Assembly (NCBI GenBank): GCA_963727485.1
Contig: CAVSGM010000002.1
Span: 672,001 to 736,000 of the forward strand
Length of the DNA stretch: 64,000 bases
DNA from: an uncultured delta proteobacterium
GTDB lineage: Bacteria > Myxococcota > Myxococcia > SLRQ01
Reading direction: 5' to 3'
Positions 1-12,466 of the stretch are shown here, one piece after another. Positions within the stretch are counted from its first letter, which is position 1. Each line of letters starts with the position of its first letter. The position numbers and the translations under genes were made by a program. The notes beneath the pieces were generated by a model that had not been told where the DNA came from, ran no database searches, and saw only the letters and a program-made list of their open reading frames with translations.

Positions 1-243
1 GGACTGGCGCGCCACGCAGACACCGCGCGCCTCACGGTGAGCGACACGGGCGCCGGGGTCGACCCGGCCGACGCCGAGCGCATCTTCGACCGCTTCTACC
101 GCGGCGACCGGGCCCGGGGCGCCACCGGGAGCGGCCTGGGTCTGGCGCTCGCCCGCGCCGTGGCCCGGGCCCACGGGGGCGAGGTCTCCTACGCGCCGGC
201 GCCGGGGACCGGCAGCGTGTTCACCGTGACCTTGCGGGCCTAG
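1..243 (+). CDS. Sensor histidine kinase, C-terminal HATPase fragment (5' end outside window)
   Basis: G1/F/G2 boxes: VSDTGAGV, IFDRFYR, GSGLGLALA, HGG...GSVFTV. Confidence 0.9.
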   Translation, partial: GLARHADTARLTVSDTGAGVDPADAERIFDRFYRGDRARGATGSGLGLALARAVARAHGGEVSYAPAPGTGSVFTVTLRA

Positions 244-845
244 AGGGCCACGCCCTCGAGCTCCAGGAGCCGCAGCTTCACCGGCACCCCGCCGGCGCCG
301 GTCCACCCGCCCGGGCGCTTGCCCGCGGCGATGACCCGGTGCGCCGGCACCAACAGCGCCACCGGCGCCCGGCGCATGGCGCTCCCCGCCGCCCGCGCCG
401 CCCCCGGGTGCCCGGCCTCGTCGGCGAGCTCCCCGTAGCTGATGGTCATCCCCGGGGGCACGTTGCGCGCCGCCTCCCAGATGGCCCGGTCGAAGGCCGA
501 GGCGTCCGCGGGCCAGTCGATGGGCACGTCGAGGAGGTCGTCGAGGTCGCCGTCGAGGTGGCGCTGGATCCGCTTGACCGTCTGGCGCACCCAGGCCGGC
601 GCCTGCCGCGGGCTCGTCACCGGGACGAGGTCGGGGTCGTCGGGGTGCGGCGCGGGCGAGCTCGCGCGAGAGGCCTCGGCGCCCTTCGCCGCCGTGGCCT
701 CCCCGGACCGCGCCCGGAGGCGCTGCACCCGCTCCGCGGGATCCGCCAGGTGCAGCTCGCGCACCCCCGACCGCGTCCAGGCGACCACGCAGGTCCCCAG
801 GACCGTCTCGAAGGCCAGCGCCCCGGCGGCGCGCACCGCGCTCAC
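240..845 (-). CDS. Ogt/MGMT-family protein with active-site Cys replaced by Ala (alkyltransferase-like)
   Basis: VPPGMTISYGELA, AARAAGSA, LLVPAHRVI (canonical is PCHRV), GGWTG...KLRLLELEG. Confidence 0.85.
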   Translation of the reverse strand: MSAVRAAGALAFETVLGTCVVAWTRSGVRELHLADPAERVQRLRARSGEATAAKGAEASRASSPAPHPDDPDLVPVTSPRQAPAWVRQTVKRIQRHLDGDLDDLLDVPIDWPADASAFDRAIWEAARNVPPGMTISYGELADEAGHPGAARAAGSAMRRAPVALLVPAHRVIAAGKRPGGWTGAGGVPVKLRLLELEGVAL

Positions 846-1195
846 AAGAGCGTGTCCACCTGCTCGGTGGGGCGGCCGAGCACCGCCTTGCCGTCGTCGC
901 GGATCACCACCGGCCGCTCGATGAGGATGGGGCTCGCCACCATGGCGTCCACCAGGGCACCCTTCCGCGTCTCCTCGGCGAGCCCCAGGTCCTTGTAGGC
1001 CTGCTCCTTGGTGCGCATCAGCTGTCGCGGATCGTCGAAGCCGAGCTGCTTGAGGGTCCGCGTGAGCTTCGCCTTCGTCGGCGGGTCGTCGAGGTAGCGG
1101 ACCACGGTGAGGTCCACGCCCGCGTCCTCGAGGAGCTTGAGGGCGGCGCGGGACTTCCCGCAGCGGGGGTTGTGCCAGATCTCGTAGCGGTGCAT
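842..1195 (-). CDS. arsC: ArsC/Spx-family (glutaredoxin-type arsenate reductase-like) protein
   Basis: HNPRCGKSRAAL, YLDDPP, ILIERPVV, LGRP; ATG at 1195 preferred. Confidence 0.8.
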   Translation of the reverse strand: MHRYEIWHNPRCGKSRAALKLLEDAGVDLTVVRYLDDPPTKAKLTRTLKQLGFDDPRQLMRTKEQAYKDLGLAEETRKGALVDAMVASPILIERPVVIRDDGKAVLGRPTEQVDTLL

Positions 1196-1332
1196 GGCGC
1201 GCATTCTGGCCCGCGCACCCGGGGGGCGTAAAGGCCCGCCGGTGGTGCGCCCGGGCTCCGTCTGGCTATGCTGGAGGACCGGCCCCGCGCCGGGGATGCC
1301 TCACGCACCGTGCCACCTTGGGAGGGGAGCTC

Positions 1333-4300
1333 GTGCGCCACAGAACCCGCGTCATCGCCCTCGGGACCGTCGTCCTCGGACTCGCCGTCACCCTCACCGG
1401 CTGCCCCCACTCGGGGGGCGGCGGGGGCGGCACGCAGCCCTGCGGCGGCGTCCCCGGCCCCTGCATCGACCTGGCGCCCTGGGCGGCCACCACCGGCACC
1501 GGCGCCACCGCGCGCCAGGCCGCCGCCGCCGACCTCATCGGCGGCGAGGCGGCCCAGGCGAGGGCCGGCGACTTCCTCCTCGCCAACGACCGCATCCGGG
1601 TCCTCGTCCAGGGCCAGGACCGGCACATCGGCCCGGCGCCCTACGGCGGCGACATCATCGACGCCGACCTGGTGCGCCCCGCCGGCGAGCCGGGCCGCGA
1701 CGCCTTCGGCGAGCTCTCGCTGCTGCTGGACTTCGGCCGCACCATGATGGTCGACGACGTCCGCGTCCTCGCCGACGGGAAGGACGGCGGCGCCGCGGTG
1801 CTGGCGGTCAGCGGCCACGACACGGTCAACGACTTCATCAACGTGCCGGTGATCCTGGGGAGCCTCCCCGGCGGGGTGGGCAAGCTCTGGCTCGACCCGG
1901 AGCAGGACCTGGGCCTGAAGATCACCGAGTTCTACGTCCTCAACCCCGGCGAGGACCGGGTGCGCATCGTCACCGCCCTGCGCAACGACGCCAAGCAGTC
2001 GGAGGTGCTCTCGGTGGGCGACCTGGTCGACCGCGGCGGCTGGGTGGACCTCTTCAACCCCGACCGGGCCACCGGCAGCCGCTTCGCCGCCCCCTCGATG
2101 CTCCCGGAGAGCGCCGACCACTACCTGGGCTTCGCCGCCCAGGACATCGCCTACGGCTACGCCCCGGTGGGCGTCGTCGGCGACGAGGGCGCGCCCAACG
2201 TGGCCCTCACCGTCGCCGGGATCACCGGGACCCTCCTCGGCGCCGAGAGCTTCTTCGACTTCACCGGCGACGCCCCGGTGCGCCCACCCCCGGGGGCCTA
2301 CGCCCTGGACCCGGGCAAGGTCCTCACCTTCGTCCGCGACTTCTACGTGGGTCGTGACCTGGCGGCCATCTCCGCCGACGTCGCCGAGCGCGAGGGCACG
2401 GCCACGGGCCAGGTGAGCGGCACCGTGACCCCGCCGGCGGGCATCGCCCTGCCCCCGCGCACCCGGGTCGCCGCCCTCGACGCCACCGGCCGCCCGGCGA
2501 CCGTGTTCTACGTGGAGGGCGGCAAGTACTCGGGGCGCCTCGCCGCCGGGGACTACCAGCTCGAGGTCGACGCCCCGGGTCACCCCTTCTCCGCGCGCCA
2601 GCAGGTCACCGTCACCGCCGGCGGCCAGCAGACCGTCAACCTCGCGGCCCCGCCCACCGCCACGGTGACGATCCACGTGCGCACCCCCGAAGGCGACCCC
2701 ACCCCCGCCAAGGCCACCTTCGTGTGCGCCGGCACCTGCCCCAAGAACCTCGCCGGCGAGGGCGGCGACTTCCGGGACACGGGCTTCGACCCGTTCCCGG
2801 CGAACGTCCAGGGGGTGTTCTTCGTGGGCCCCGAAGGCGACGCCACCGTCCGCGTCCCCCCGGGCGACTACCACCTGGTGGTGAGCCGGGGCGCCGAGTG
2901 GTCCACCTTCCCCGCCGACTGGCCCACCGGCACCTACGACCTCTCGCTCGCCGCCGGGGACACGCCCACCGTGGACGCGACGATCGCCCATGTCCTCGAC
3001 ACCACCGGCTGGATCTCCGCGGACCTCCACGTCCACGGCATCGACAGCCCCGACTCGCCGGTGCCGAACCTCGACCGGGTGCGGGCGTTCCTCGCCGAGG
3101 GCGCCGACGTCATCGTCGCCACCGACCACGACTACGTCACCGACTACGCGCCGTACATCCAGGACCTGAACGCGGGGAAGTTCATCGCCTCGGTCGTCGG
3201 CGACGAGATCACCACCTTCACCTGGGGCCACTTCAACGCCTTCCCCCTGAAGCCCGACCCCGCGAGCCTCAACGGCGGCGCCATCGACTGGGCCGGCGGC
3301 GCGGGCCCCACCCTCACCCCGGCCCAGCTCTTCGCCGCGGCGAGGGCCCACCCCGGCGCCGCCGACAAGGTGATCCAGGTGAACCACCCCCGGGGCCTCC
3401 AGGGCTACTTCACCGCCATCGGCCTCGACACCGCCACCGGCAAGACCGCCACCGACCCCACGACCTTCCGCATGCCCACGGATGGCGTGACCTCCGGCGA
3501 CACCCACCTGTTCAGCACCGACTTCACGGCGATGGAGATCTACAACGGGTGGTCCACCAGCGACTTCACCACCCGCACCGCCGACTGGTTCGCCTTCCTC
3601 GAGCGCGGGCTCACCCCCACCGCCACCGCCGTGAGCGACACCCACAAGTGGTACTCCAACGGCGTGGGGAGCCCCCGGTCGTGGGTGCACGTGGGCGCCG
3701 GCCACGACACCCCTGCGACCTTCGACGAGGCGGCGCTGGTCGCGGGCATCAACGACCACCACCTCATCGGCTCCAACGGGCCCTTCGTCACCGTGGAGGC
3801 CAAGGCCGGGAGCGCCACCGCCGGGGTGGGCGACCTGCTGAAGCTCCCCGCCCCGGGCACCGCCGTGACCCTCACGGTCACCGTCCAGGTGCCCACCTGG
3901 TTCTCCTTCGACACCATCGACCTCTACGCCAACGTCGACGGCACCGACTCGCGCCCCTACCACGAGCAGACGGCCCTCCCGGCGCCGAACCAGACGGTGA
4001 GCGTGGATCTCGCGAGCGAGACCCCGGTGGCCGGCGCCTTCCCCGGCGCCACCGCTGCCACGCCGTACAAGCGATACCTCGTGACCCGGAGCTTCACCGT
4101 GAGCCCCCAGGTGGACACCTGGTACGTGGTGGTGGTCCGGGGCACGAAGGGCGGCTTCCCGGTGCTGCTGTCGCCGGACGTCGGCGCCCTGGCCTTCACC
4201 AACCCGGTGTTCGTGGACGCCGACGGCGACGGGGCCTTCAAGGCGCCCAAGGTGATGCAGTGGCACGCGGGCCCGCCGGCGGTGGCCCCCGCGCCCCCGA

Positions 4301-4365
4301 GCACCCACCGGCGCCTGGACCAGCGCGACCTCGACTGGCTCGACGCCCGGATGGACAAGCCCTAG
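1333..4365 (+). CDS. Lipoprotein with C-terminal PHP-type (CehA/McbA-like) metallohydrolase domain
   Basis: Lipobox LTGC; ADLHVH, ATDHD, GDEIT, GHFNAFP, VNHPR, VSDTH metal ligands; GGAGG upstream of GTG 1333. Confidence 0.75.
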   Translation: MRHRTRVIALGTVVLGLAVTLTGCPHSGGGGGGTQPCGGVPGPCIDLAPWAATTGTGATARQAAAADLIGGEAAQARAGDFLLANDRIRVLVQGQDRHIGPAPYGGDIIDADLVRPAGEPGRDAFGELSLLLDFGRTMMVDDVRVLADGKDGGAAVLAVSGHDTVNDFINVPVILGSLPGGVGKLWLDPEQDLGLKITEFYVLNPGEDRVRIVTALRNDAKQSEVLSVGDLVDRGGWVDLFNPDRATGSRFAAPSMLPESADHYLGFAAQDIAYGYAPVGVVGDEGAPNVALTVAGITGTLLGAESFFDFTGDAPVRPPPGAYALDPGKVLTFVRDFYVGRDLAAISADVAEREGTATGQVSGTVTPPAGIALPPRTRVAALDATGRPATVFYVEGGKYSGRLAAGDYQLEVDAPGHPFSARQQVTVTAGGQQTVNLAAPPTATVTIHVRTPEGDPTPAKATFVCAGTCPKNLAGEGGDFRDTGFDPFPANVQGVFFVGPEGDATVRVPPGDYHLVVSRGAEWSTFPADWPTGTYDLSLAAGDTPTVDATIAHVLDTTGWISADLHVHGIDSPDSPVPNLDRVRAFLAEGADVIVATDHDYVTDYAPYIQDLNAGKFIASVVGDEITTFTWGHFNAFPLKPDPASLNGGAIDWAGGAGPTLTPAQLFAAARAHPGAADKVIQVNHPRGLQGYFTAIGLDTATGKTATDPTTFRMPTDGVTSGDTHLFSTDFTAMEIYNGWSTSDFTTRTADWFAFLERGLTPTATAVSDTHKWYSNGVGSPRSWVHVGAGHDTPATFDEAALVAGINDHHLIGSNGPFVTVEAKAGSATAGVGDLLKLPAPGTAVTLTVTVQVPTWFSFDTIDLYANVDGTDSRPYHEQTALPAPNQTVSVDLASETPVAGAFPGATAATPYKRYLVTRSFTVSPQVDTWYVVVVRGTKGGFPVLLSPDVGALAFTNPVFVDADGDGAFKAPKVMQWHAGPPAVAPAPPSTHRRLDQRDLDWLDARMDKP

Positions 4366-4382
4366 CCGGCCCGCGGGCGATC

Positions 4383-5566
4383 CTAACGCCCGCCGACCGC
4401 GCCGTCGCCGGTGAGCCGCGCCCGCTCCTCATCGGAGAAGCCCGCGGCCTCGAGGACCGCGTCGGTGTCGGCCCCGAGCCCCGGCGCCGGGCGCCTCGGC
4501 GCGCCCTCGCCCCCCACGAAGCGCACCGGCGTGGCCACCTGGGGCACCGGCCCGGCCACCGGGTCGTCGATCTCGAAGAACATCCCCCGGGCACGCAGCT
4601 GGTCGTCGGCGACGACGTCCTTGCCCTCGTGGACGGGCTCGCAGCAGCAGTCCTGGACCTCGAAGAAGGCGGTCCACTCGGCCTGGGTTCGCTCGGCGAA
4701 CACGCCGGCGACCTCGGCCTTCACCTTCGCCCCGCGCTCGCCCAGGGCCAGCCCGTCGGTCTTGAGGTCCTCGCGGCCCACCGCGGCGCAGAAGCGCTCC
4801 CAGAAGTGGGGCTCCAGCGCCCCCAGGCTCATGTAGCGCCCGTCCCGGGTGCGGTAGACGTGGTAGCAGGGGTAGCCGCCGTTGAGCGGCGCCTCGCCCC
4901 GGCGCAGGGGCTGGCCAGCGAGGCCCGCGGCGAGGTGCATGGTCATGAAGCCCAGCGCCCCGTCGGTCATGGAGACGTCGATCCACGCCCCCTCGCCGCC
5001 GCGCTCCCGGGCATGGAGCGCCGCGAGGATGCCCACCACCGCCGGGTAGCTCCCGCCGCCCACGTCGCCCACCTGCACCCCGGGCATCACCGGGGGACCG
5101 CCGGCCTCGCCGGTGAACCCGAGGACCCCGGCGCGGCCGATGTAGTTGAGATCGTGCCCCGCCCGGTCCCGGAGCGGCCCGTCCTGCCCGTACCCGGAGA
5201 TGGAGCAGAGGATCACCGAGGGGCACACGGCCTTCAGCGCCTCGTACCCGAGCCCCAGCCGGTCCATGACCCCGGGGCGGAACGACTCCAGGACCACGTC
5301 GTAGCCCGAGGCCACCAGGCGCTTGACCACGCCGGCGCCCTCGGGGTGCTTGAGGTTCACGCCGAGCGACCGCTTGTTGCGGTTCAGGGCGTGGAAGAGC
5401 GCCGAGTGGGGCCCCACCATCGGCGGCATCCACCGCGCGTAGTCCCCCCCGCCGGGTCCTCCACCTTCACCACGTCCGCGCCGAGATCGGCGAGGATGAG
5501 GGAGGCATAGGGCCCGGGGAGGAGCCGCGAGAGGTCCAGGACCTTCAGGCCCTCGAGGGGGCGCAC
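4383..5566 (-). CDS. CaiB/BaiF (family III) CoA-transferase; one frameshift in a G7 run at about 5444-5450
   Basis: N-term [17 protein letters not shown]...[12 protein letters not shown] in one frame, NRNKRSL/ESFRPG/GHDLNY in another; adding one G gives [12 protein letters not shown]. Confidence 0.85.
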
Positions 5567-5576
5567 CGCGGACGCC

Positions 5577-5900
5577 CTAGCCGAGGACGTCGCCGAGCTT
5601 GAGGGCGAGGCTCATGTCGCCCTCGACCCGGAGCTTGCCCGACATGAACGCCATCTGGGGGTTCAGCTTCCCGCTGACGATGTCCATGAAGTCCGCGTCC
5701 TTGACGATGACCGTGCACTTGGCGTTCGGGTCCTCGCCCTCTTCACACGCGAGCTTGGTCAGATCGAGGACCCAGGTCCCGCCGTCGTCGCCCTCGATGT
5801 TGAACTGGTAGATGGTGTTGATGGCCTTGGCCGCGTCGGGCTCCTCCTCCATCCACTCGACGACGTCTTCCTCGAAGTACTCCCGTGGGGTGTCCGCCAT
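5577..5900 (-). CDS. SCP2 sterol/lipid-binding domain protein
   Basis: [13 protein letters not shown]...[26 protein letters not shown]. Confidence 0.9.
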   Translation of the reverse strand: MADTPREYFEEDVVEWMEEEPDAAKAINTIYQFNIEGDDGGTWVLDLTKLACEEGEDPNAKCTVIVKDADFMDIVSGKLNPQMAFMSGKLRVEGDMSLALKLGDVLG

Positions 5901-5929
5901 GGAATTCTTCCTTTGTTTCAGTGGGTTGG

Positions 5930-5956
5930 GAGTTCGACTGACACTTCAATCAACTC
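5930..5956. promoter_or_regulatory. Imperfect palindrome (operator-like) in the SCP2/CaiB leader
   Basis: GAGTTCGACTGA-CACT-TCAATCAACTC, AT-rich relative to surroundings, just downstream of TG-C-TAGCTT (extended -10) on the minus strand. Confidence 0.45.
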
Positions 5957-5983
5957 AGGCGGGAAGCTAGCACCCGCCTCCGC

Positions 5984-7993
5984 CTAGCGCAACAGCTCCT
6001 GCGCCGCCCGGGAGCCCACGTCGAAGGAGATCACCGCCCCGCTGGCGGTGTAGGGCACGTAGAGGCGCCCGCTGCGCCACCCCGTCCCCGTGGGCGTCAC
6101 CGTGGGCTGCCCGGGGACGAAGGCCCCGACGATCTGCAGGCTCCGGGTGTCGACGGAGGCGATCACCGGGTCGAGCCCGGAGCTGACCTCGAGCTTCCGG
6201 GTGGCCCCGTCGGACATCTTGCTCGGGTCGTTGTCGCTGGCGAGGGTGAACACGAAGTCGGGCCCGAGGTAGAGGGGGCTGGTCACCAGGAACCGGGACC
6301 CGTCCCAGCGGAAGGTCTCCCCCGGGGTCAGCCGCCACACCTTGGAGAGGTCGGTGGCGCTCAAGGTGTAGCCGCTGGCGGTCACCGAGTAGACGAAGGG
6401 CTCGGAGAAGCACGCGCGGGTGGGCAGGGGATCGCCGTTCGCCTGGGGGGCGAGGGTGATGTGCCCGAGGGCCCCGTCCACGGCGACGATGTCGTAGGTG
6501 GGGTCGCCGCCGGTGTAGGCGTCGCAGCCGCTGGGGACGGTGGCCCCGTGCCAGCTGGTGATGGTGAGCACGTCCCCGGCCCGGACCCGGTCTCCGAGGT
6601 CGGGCACCGGGGTCAGGGGCACCACATAGGCCTGCCCGCCGCCGGCGACCAGGCGCCCGAGGACGGTGTCCTGCTGGGGGAGCTTGGCCTTCCAGCCGAT
6701 GGTCCAGGTCCGGGACCGGGTGACCCCGGCGGTGGTGGTGACCACCGGGATGCTCGGCTTGCTCAGGGGATCCTTGGGCGAGTACTGGGGGTTCGGCCGG
6801 GTGACCACCACCGGGGCGCTGTAGTCGATGGCGTCGGTGGCGTAGCCCGAGGCGTTGAGCGCGTTTACCGCCGGGATCACGGTGACCGTGGGGTTGGCCC
6901 GGAGGTCCGCGTCCTTGTCCACCGGCAGCATGTGGTAGCCGTCGACGTAGGCGATGGAGCCGTTCACCAGGGGCACCATGATCAGGATCGGCACGTTGGC
7001 CGTGCGCTGGTTCTTGATCGGCCCGATGACGGTGTTGATGGACACCTGCACCATGCTCTCGGCGGCCATGGAGACCGGCACCTCGGGGAGGGTCACCGGC
7101 AGCACCTTGCCGTCGTAGAAGAGCGGGTGCGCCACCGTCCCCTGGGCCACGTCGAAGGCCACCAGGGCCGGGCTGTCGGCGGCGATGCCGTAGACGTAGG
7201 CGCCGGCGGGGAGCTGCGCCGGGGCGTCCGGGTCGTCGAGGACCGGGGAGGCGATGAGCTCGCTCAAGGCCAGCCCCGAGTCCACCGAGGTGATGGCGCC
7301 GCTCGAGAGGTCCACGCGCACCACCTGGGGGGACGAGAGGTCGGAGACCCAGGCCTCGAGGCTCCCCGAGGCGTCGGTGATCGCCAGGCCGCCGGGGTCG
7401 ATGCCGGGGACCGGGACCTCGCTGGTGACCGTGGCCACCGTGGCCGTGTCGGCCACCGCGCCGGTGGGCGCCAGGACCGCCGCGGTCGGGGTCACGGTGA
7501 CCACCTCCGGCGGGGTGCTCCCGTCATCGGCGCCCGCGACCAGGGCGTAGATGGTGGTCCCGTCGGCGCCGATCCGGAGCTGGAGGGGCCGACCGGGCAG
7601 CGGCACCGGCGCGCCGATGGCCTGCAGGGCCGTCCCATCCACGAAGCGGAGCTGGCTGTCGAGGCTCGACCCGGAGATCACCAGGGGCCGGTCACCCGTC
7701 TGGTCGATCTTGGCGAGGGTCGTGGGCCGCCGCAGGGTGGGGATGACCAGGGGGAACATGGGGTTCGGCGCCCGCAGGAAGGTGTCGTAGTCGGTGGAGC
7801 CGCGGACGATGTCCACCACCTGCAGGCCGTCGGAGGACAGGGAGGCCACGAAGAGGTGGCCCCCGAGGGTCACCACCGCCGAGGGCTGCTTCACCGACGA
7901 GGGCGGCGCCGGCTTGGCGGACTGGGCGCATCCGGCACCGAGGAGGAGGACCGGGAGGACGAGGGCCAGGGCGAGCCGTCGGGGGCGGTTCAT
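5984..7993 (-). CDS. Uncharacterised large lipoprotein (beta-propeller-like N-half)
   Basis: Start MNRPRRLALALVLPVLLLGAGC (lipobox) overlapping the upstream stop; beta-strand-rich. Confidence 0.7.
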   Translation of the reverse strand: MNRPRRLALALVLPVLLLGAGCAQSAKPAPPSSVKQPSAVVTLGGHLFVASLSSDGLQVVDIVRGSTDYDTFLRAPNPMFPLVIPTLRRPTTLAKIDQTGDRPLVISGSSLDSQLRFVDGTALQAIGAPVPLPGRPLQLRIGADGTTIYALVAGADDGSTPPEVVTVTPTAAVLAPTGAVADTATVATVTSEVPVPGIDPGGLAITDASGSLEAWVSDLSSPQVVRVDLSSGAITSVDSGLALSELIASPVLDDPDAPAQLPAGAYVYGIAADSPALVAFDVAQGTVAHPLFYDGKVLPVTLPEVPVSMAAESMVQVSINTVIGPIKNQRTANVPILIMVPLVNGSIAYVDGYHMLPVDKDADLRANPTVTVIPAVNALNASGYATDAIDYSAPVVVTRPNPQYSPKDPLSKPSIPVVTTTAGVTRSRTWTIGWKAKLPQQDTVLGRLVAGGGQAYVVPLTPVPDLGDRVRAGDVLTITSWHGATVPSGCDAYTGGDPTYDIVAVDGALGHITLAPQANGDPLPTRACFSEPFVYSVTASGYTLSATDLSKVWRLTPGETFRWDGSRFLVTSPLYLGPDFVFTLASDNDPSKMSDGATRKLEVSSGLDPVIASVDTRSLQIVGAFVPGQPTVTPTGTGWRSGRLYVPYTASGAVISFDVGSRAAQELLR

Positions 7994-9375
7994 TGCGCCT
8001 CCGGAGTGGTGACCACCGCGCGTACCGCCGCGGCGTCGACGTTGGCGAGGTCGGGGATGTCCACGGCGGTGAGCCGGCTGTCCGAGGCGCTGCTCACCCA
8101 GATGCGGGCGCCGCTGGTGCCCAGGGGCTCGGCGATGACCCCAAAGGGCTGGTCCCCCACGTCCGAGGCGGGGACGCGGCCGGTGAGCTGGCGGCTCCCC
8201 TGGGGGCAGACGTCGGAGGCCTTGGGGCAGTCGGTGCCGTCGAGGACCGCCAGCACCCGCCCGGGGACCGGGTCGACGATGGCCAGGGAGCGGCCCGACG
8301 ACGAGGTGACGGCGACCAGATCGCCGCCGGCGCCGGGGATGACCGCCATCCGCGAGGGGGCTCCGGGGAGGGGCACGATGCTCTTGAGGGTGAGGTCCTT
8401 GGCGGTGGTCCCGCCCACCGCGTAGACCACCAGGACCGGCGGCGACTGGGCCACCGCGTAGAGCAGGCTCCCGTCGGAGGAGAAGCGCACCCCGGTGGCC
8501 AGGGACGACCCGGTCTCGGCGGCGATGGCGATCTCCGGGGGGTTGAAGGCGGTGCCCAGGCTGTCGGGCTCGAAGGAGCGGAGGTCGGCGGAGTTGAGGA
8601 CCCCGAACTGGGCGCGCCCCGCCGAGAACACCGTGCCGCCCCAGGGAGCCTCGACCATGTCGTGGATGGCCAGGCCCAGGGAGGCCACCTGCACCGCGCC
8701 GGGGCTCGAGACCGGGAGCCGGGCCCCGTAGACCCCCTGGGTGCCCCTGGGCTGGTTGGGGTCGATGGGCTGGGCGCTGATGCCGCCGACGATGACCTGG
8801 TCGCCGGTGACGACCACCGAGAACGGGTCGGCCATGGTGTGGCCGCCGGGGGTGAGGAGGGTGACCTCCCGGCCCCGGCAGTCGGCGAGGCCCTGGGCCC
8901 CGAAGGCCGACCAGCACCCGAGGTGCCCGTCGGCGGTGGCGTCGACCACCGTGACCACCCCACCCTCGCGCACGGAGCTGGTGGGCTTGGTGTCGCCGCC
9001 GCGGATGGGCACGAAGAGGCGGGCGCCGCCGCCGGAGCGGGGCGCCACGCCCACCAGGCCGCCGAGGGGCGCGATGTCCACGCCGCCGACGAAGGGGACC
9101 TCGGTGATCTTGGCGATCTGGCCCGAGGGGCTGGCGTCGACCTTGGCGTCGAGGGCCGCGAGGTCGATGGCCTGGAGGGCCCCGGAGGCGTAGGCGAGGT
9201 CGAAGTCGGTGCCCACGACGTAGAGGGTGCGGCCGTCGGGGCTGGTGGCCATCGCCGAGGGCCACCGAAGGGCCGTCACGGGCTGGGGGGTCACGTTGGC
9301 GCTCGAGCCACAGCCGGCCAGGCAGGCCGCCGCGGCCCCGAGGAGCGAAAGCAGGATGGGTCGGGTGCGAGGCAT
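7990..9375 (-). CDS. YncE-like beta-propeller lipoprotein
   Basis: Lipobox LAGC; repeats SPDGRTLYV, FSSDGSLLYA, VGDQPFGV. Confidence 0.7.
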   Translation of the reverse strand: MPRTRPILLSLLGAAAACLAGCGSSANVTPQPVTALRWPSAMATSPDGRTLYVVGTDFDLAYASGALQAIDLAALDAKVDASPSGQIAKITEVPFVGGVDIAPLGGLVGVAPRSGGGARLFVPIRGGDTKPTSSVREGGVVTVVDATADGHLGCWSAFGAQGLADCRGREVTLLTPGGHTMADPFSVVVTGDQVIVGGISAQPIDPNQPRGTQGVYGARLPVSSPGAVQVASLGLAIHDMVEAPWGGTVFSAGRAQFGVLNSADLRSFEPDSLGTAFNPPEIAIAAETGSSLATGVRFSSDGSLLYAVAQSPPVLVVYAVGGTTAKDLTLKSIVPLPGAPSRMAVIPGAGGDLVAVTSSSGRSLAIVDPVPGRVLAVLDGTDCPKASDVCPQGSRQLTGRVPASDVGDQPFGVIAEPLGTSGARIWVSSASDSRLTAVDIPDLANVDAAAVRAVVTTPEAQ

Positions 9376-9474
9376 CGGGGCCGAGAGCCTACACGCGACC
9401 GGCCCTCGGGTCACCCTTGGCGCGGACCCGCCGGCGCCCCGCCCGTTGGGGGCGGGGCGAAGCGCCCCTGTCGG

Positions 9475-12447
<2,973 letters not shown>

Positions 12448-12466
12448 GCTTGGAACCCCTTTCGGA

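Noticed and set aside
1018..4308. Very long antisense or alternate-frame ORFs (also 15786-19892, 30173-33925, 7993-10638 and others)
   Set aside because: Shadow ORFs of high-GC3 genes; Arg/Gly/Pro-rich with no domain motifs
5444..5450. G7 tract in the CoA-transferase as a phase-variation switch
   Set aside because: Short tract in a cytoplasmic enzyme, and several other single-base indels in the window point to sequencing error
5984..9265. ORF-track long versions suggesting fusions (1093 aa here; also 47525-51070, 49225-51822, 51365-54142, 37179-39572)
   Set aside because: The N-terminal extensions are out-of-frame read-through of upstream genes; true starts sit at stop/start overlaps or RBS sites
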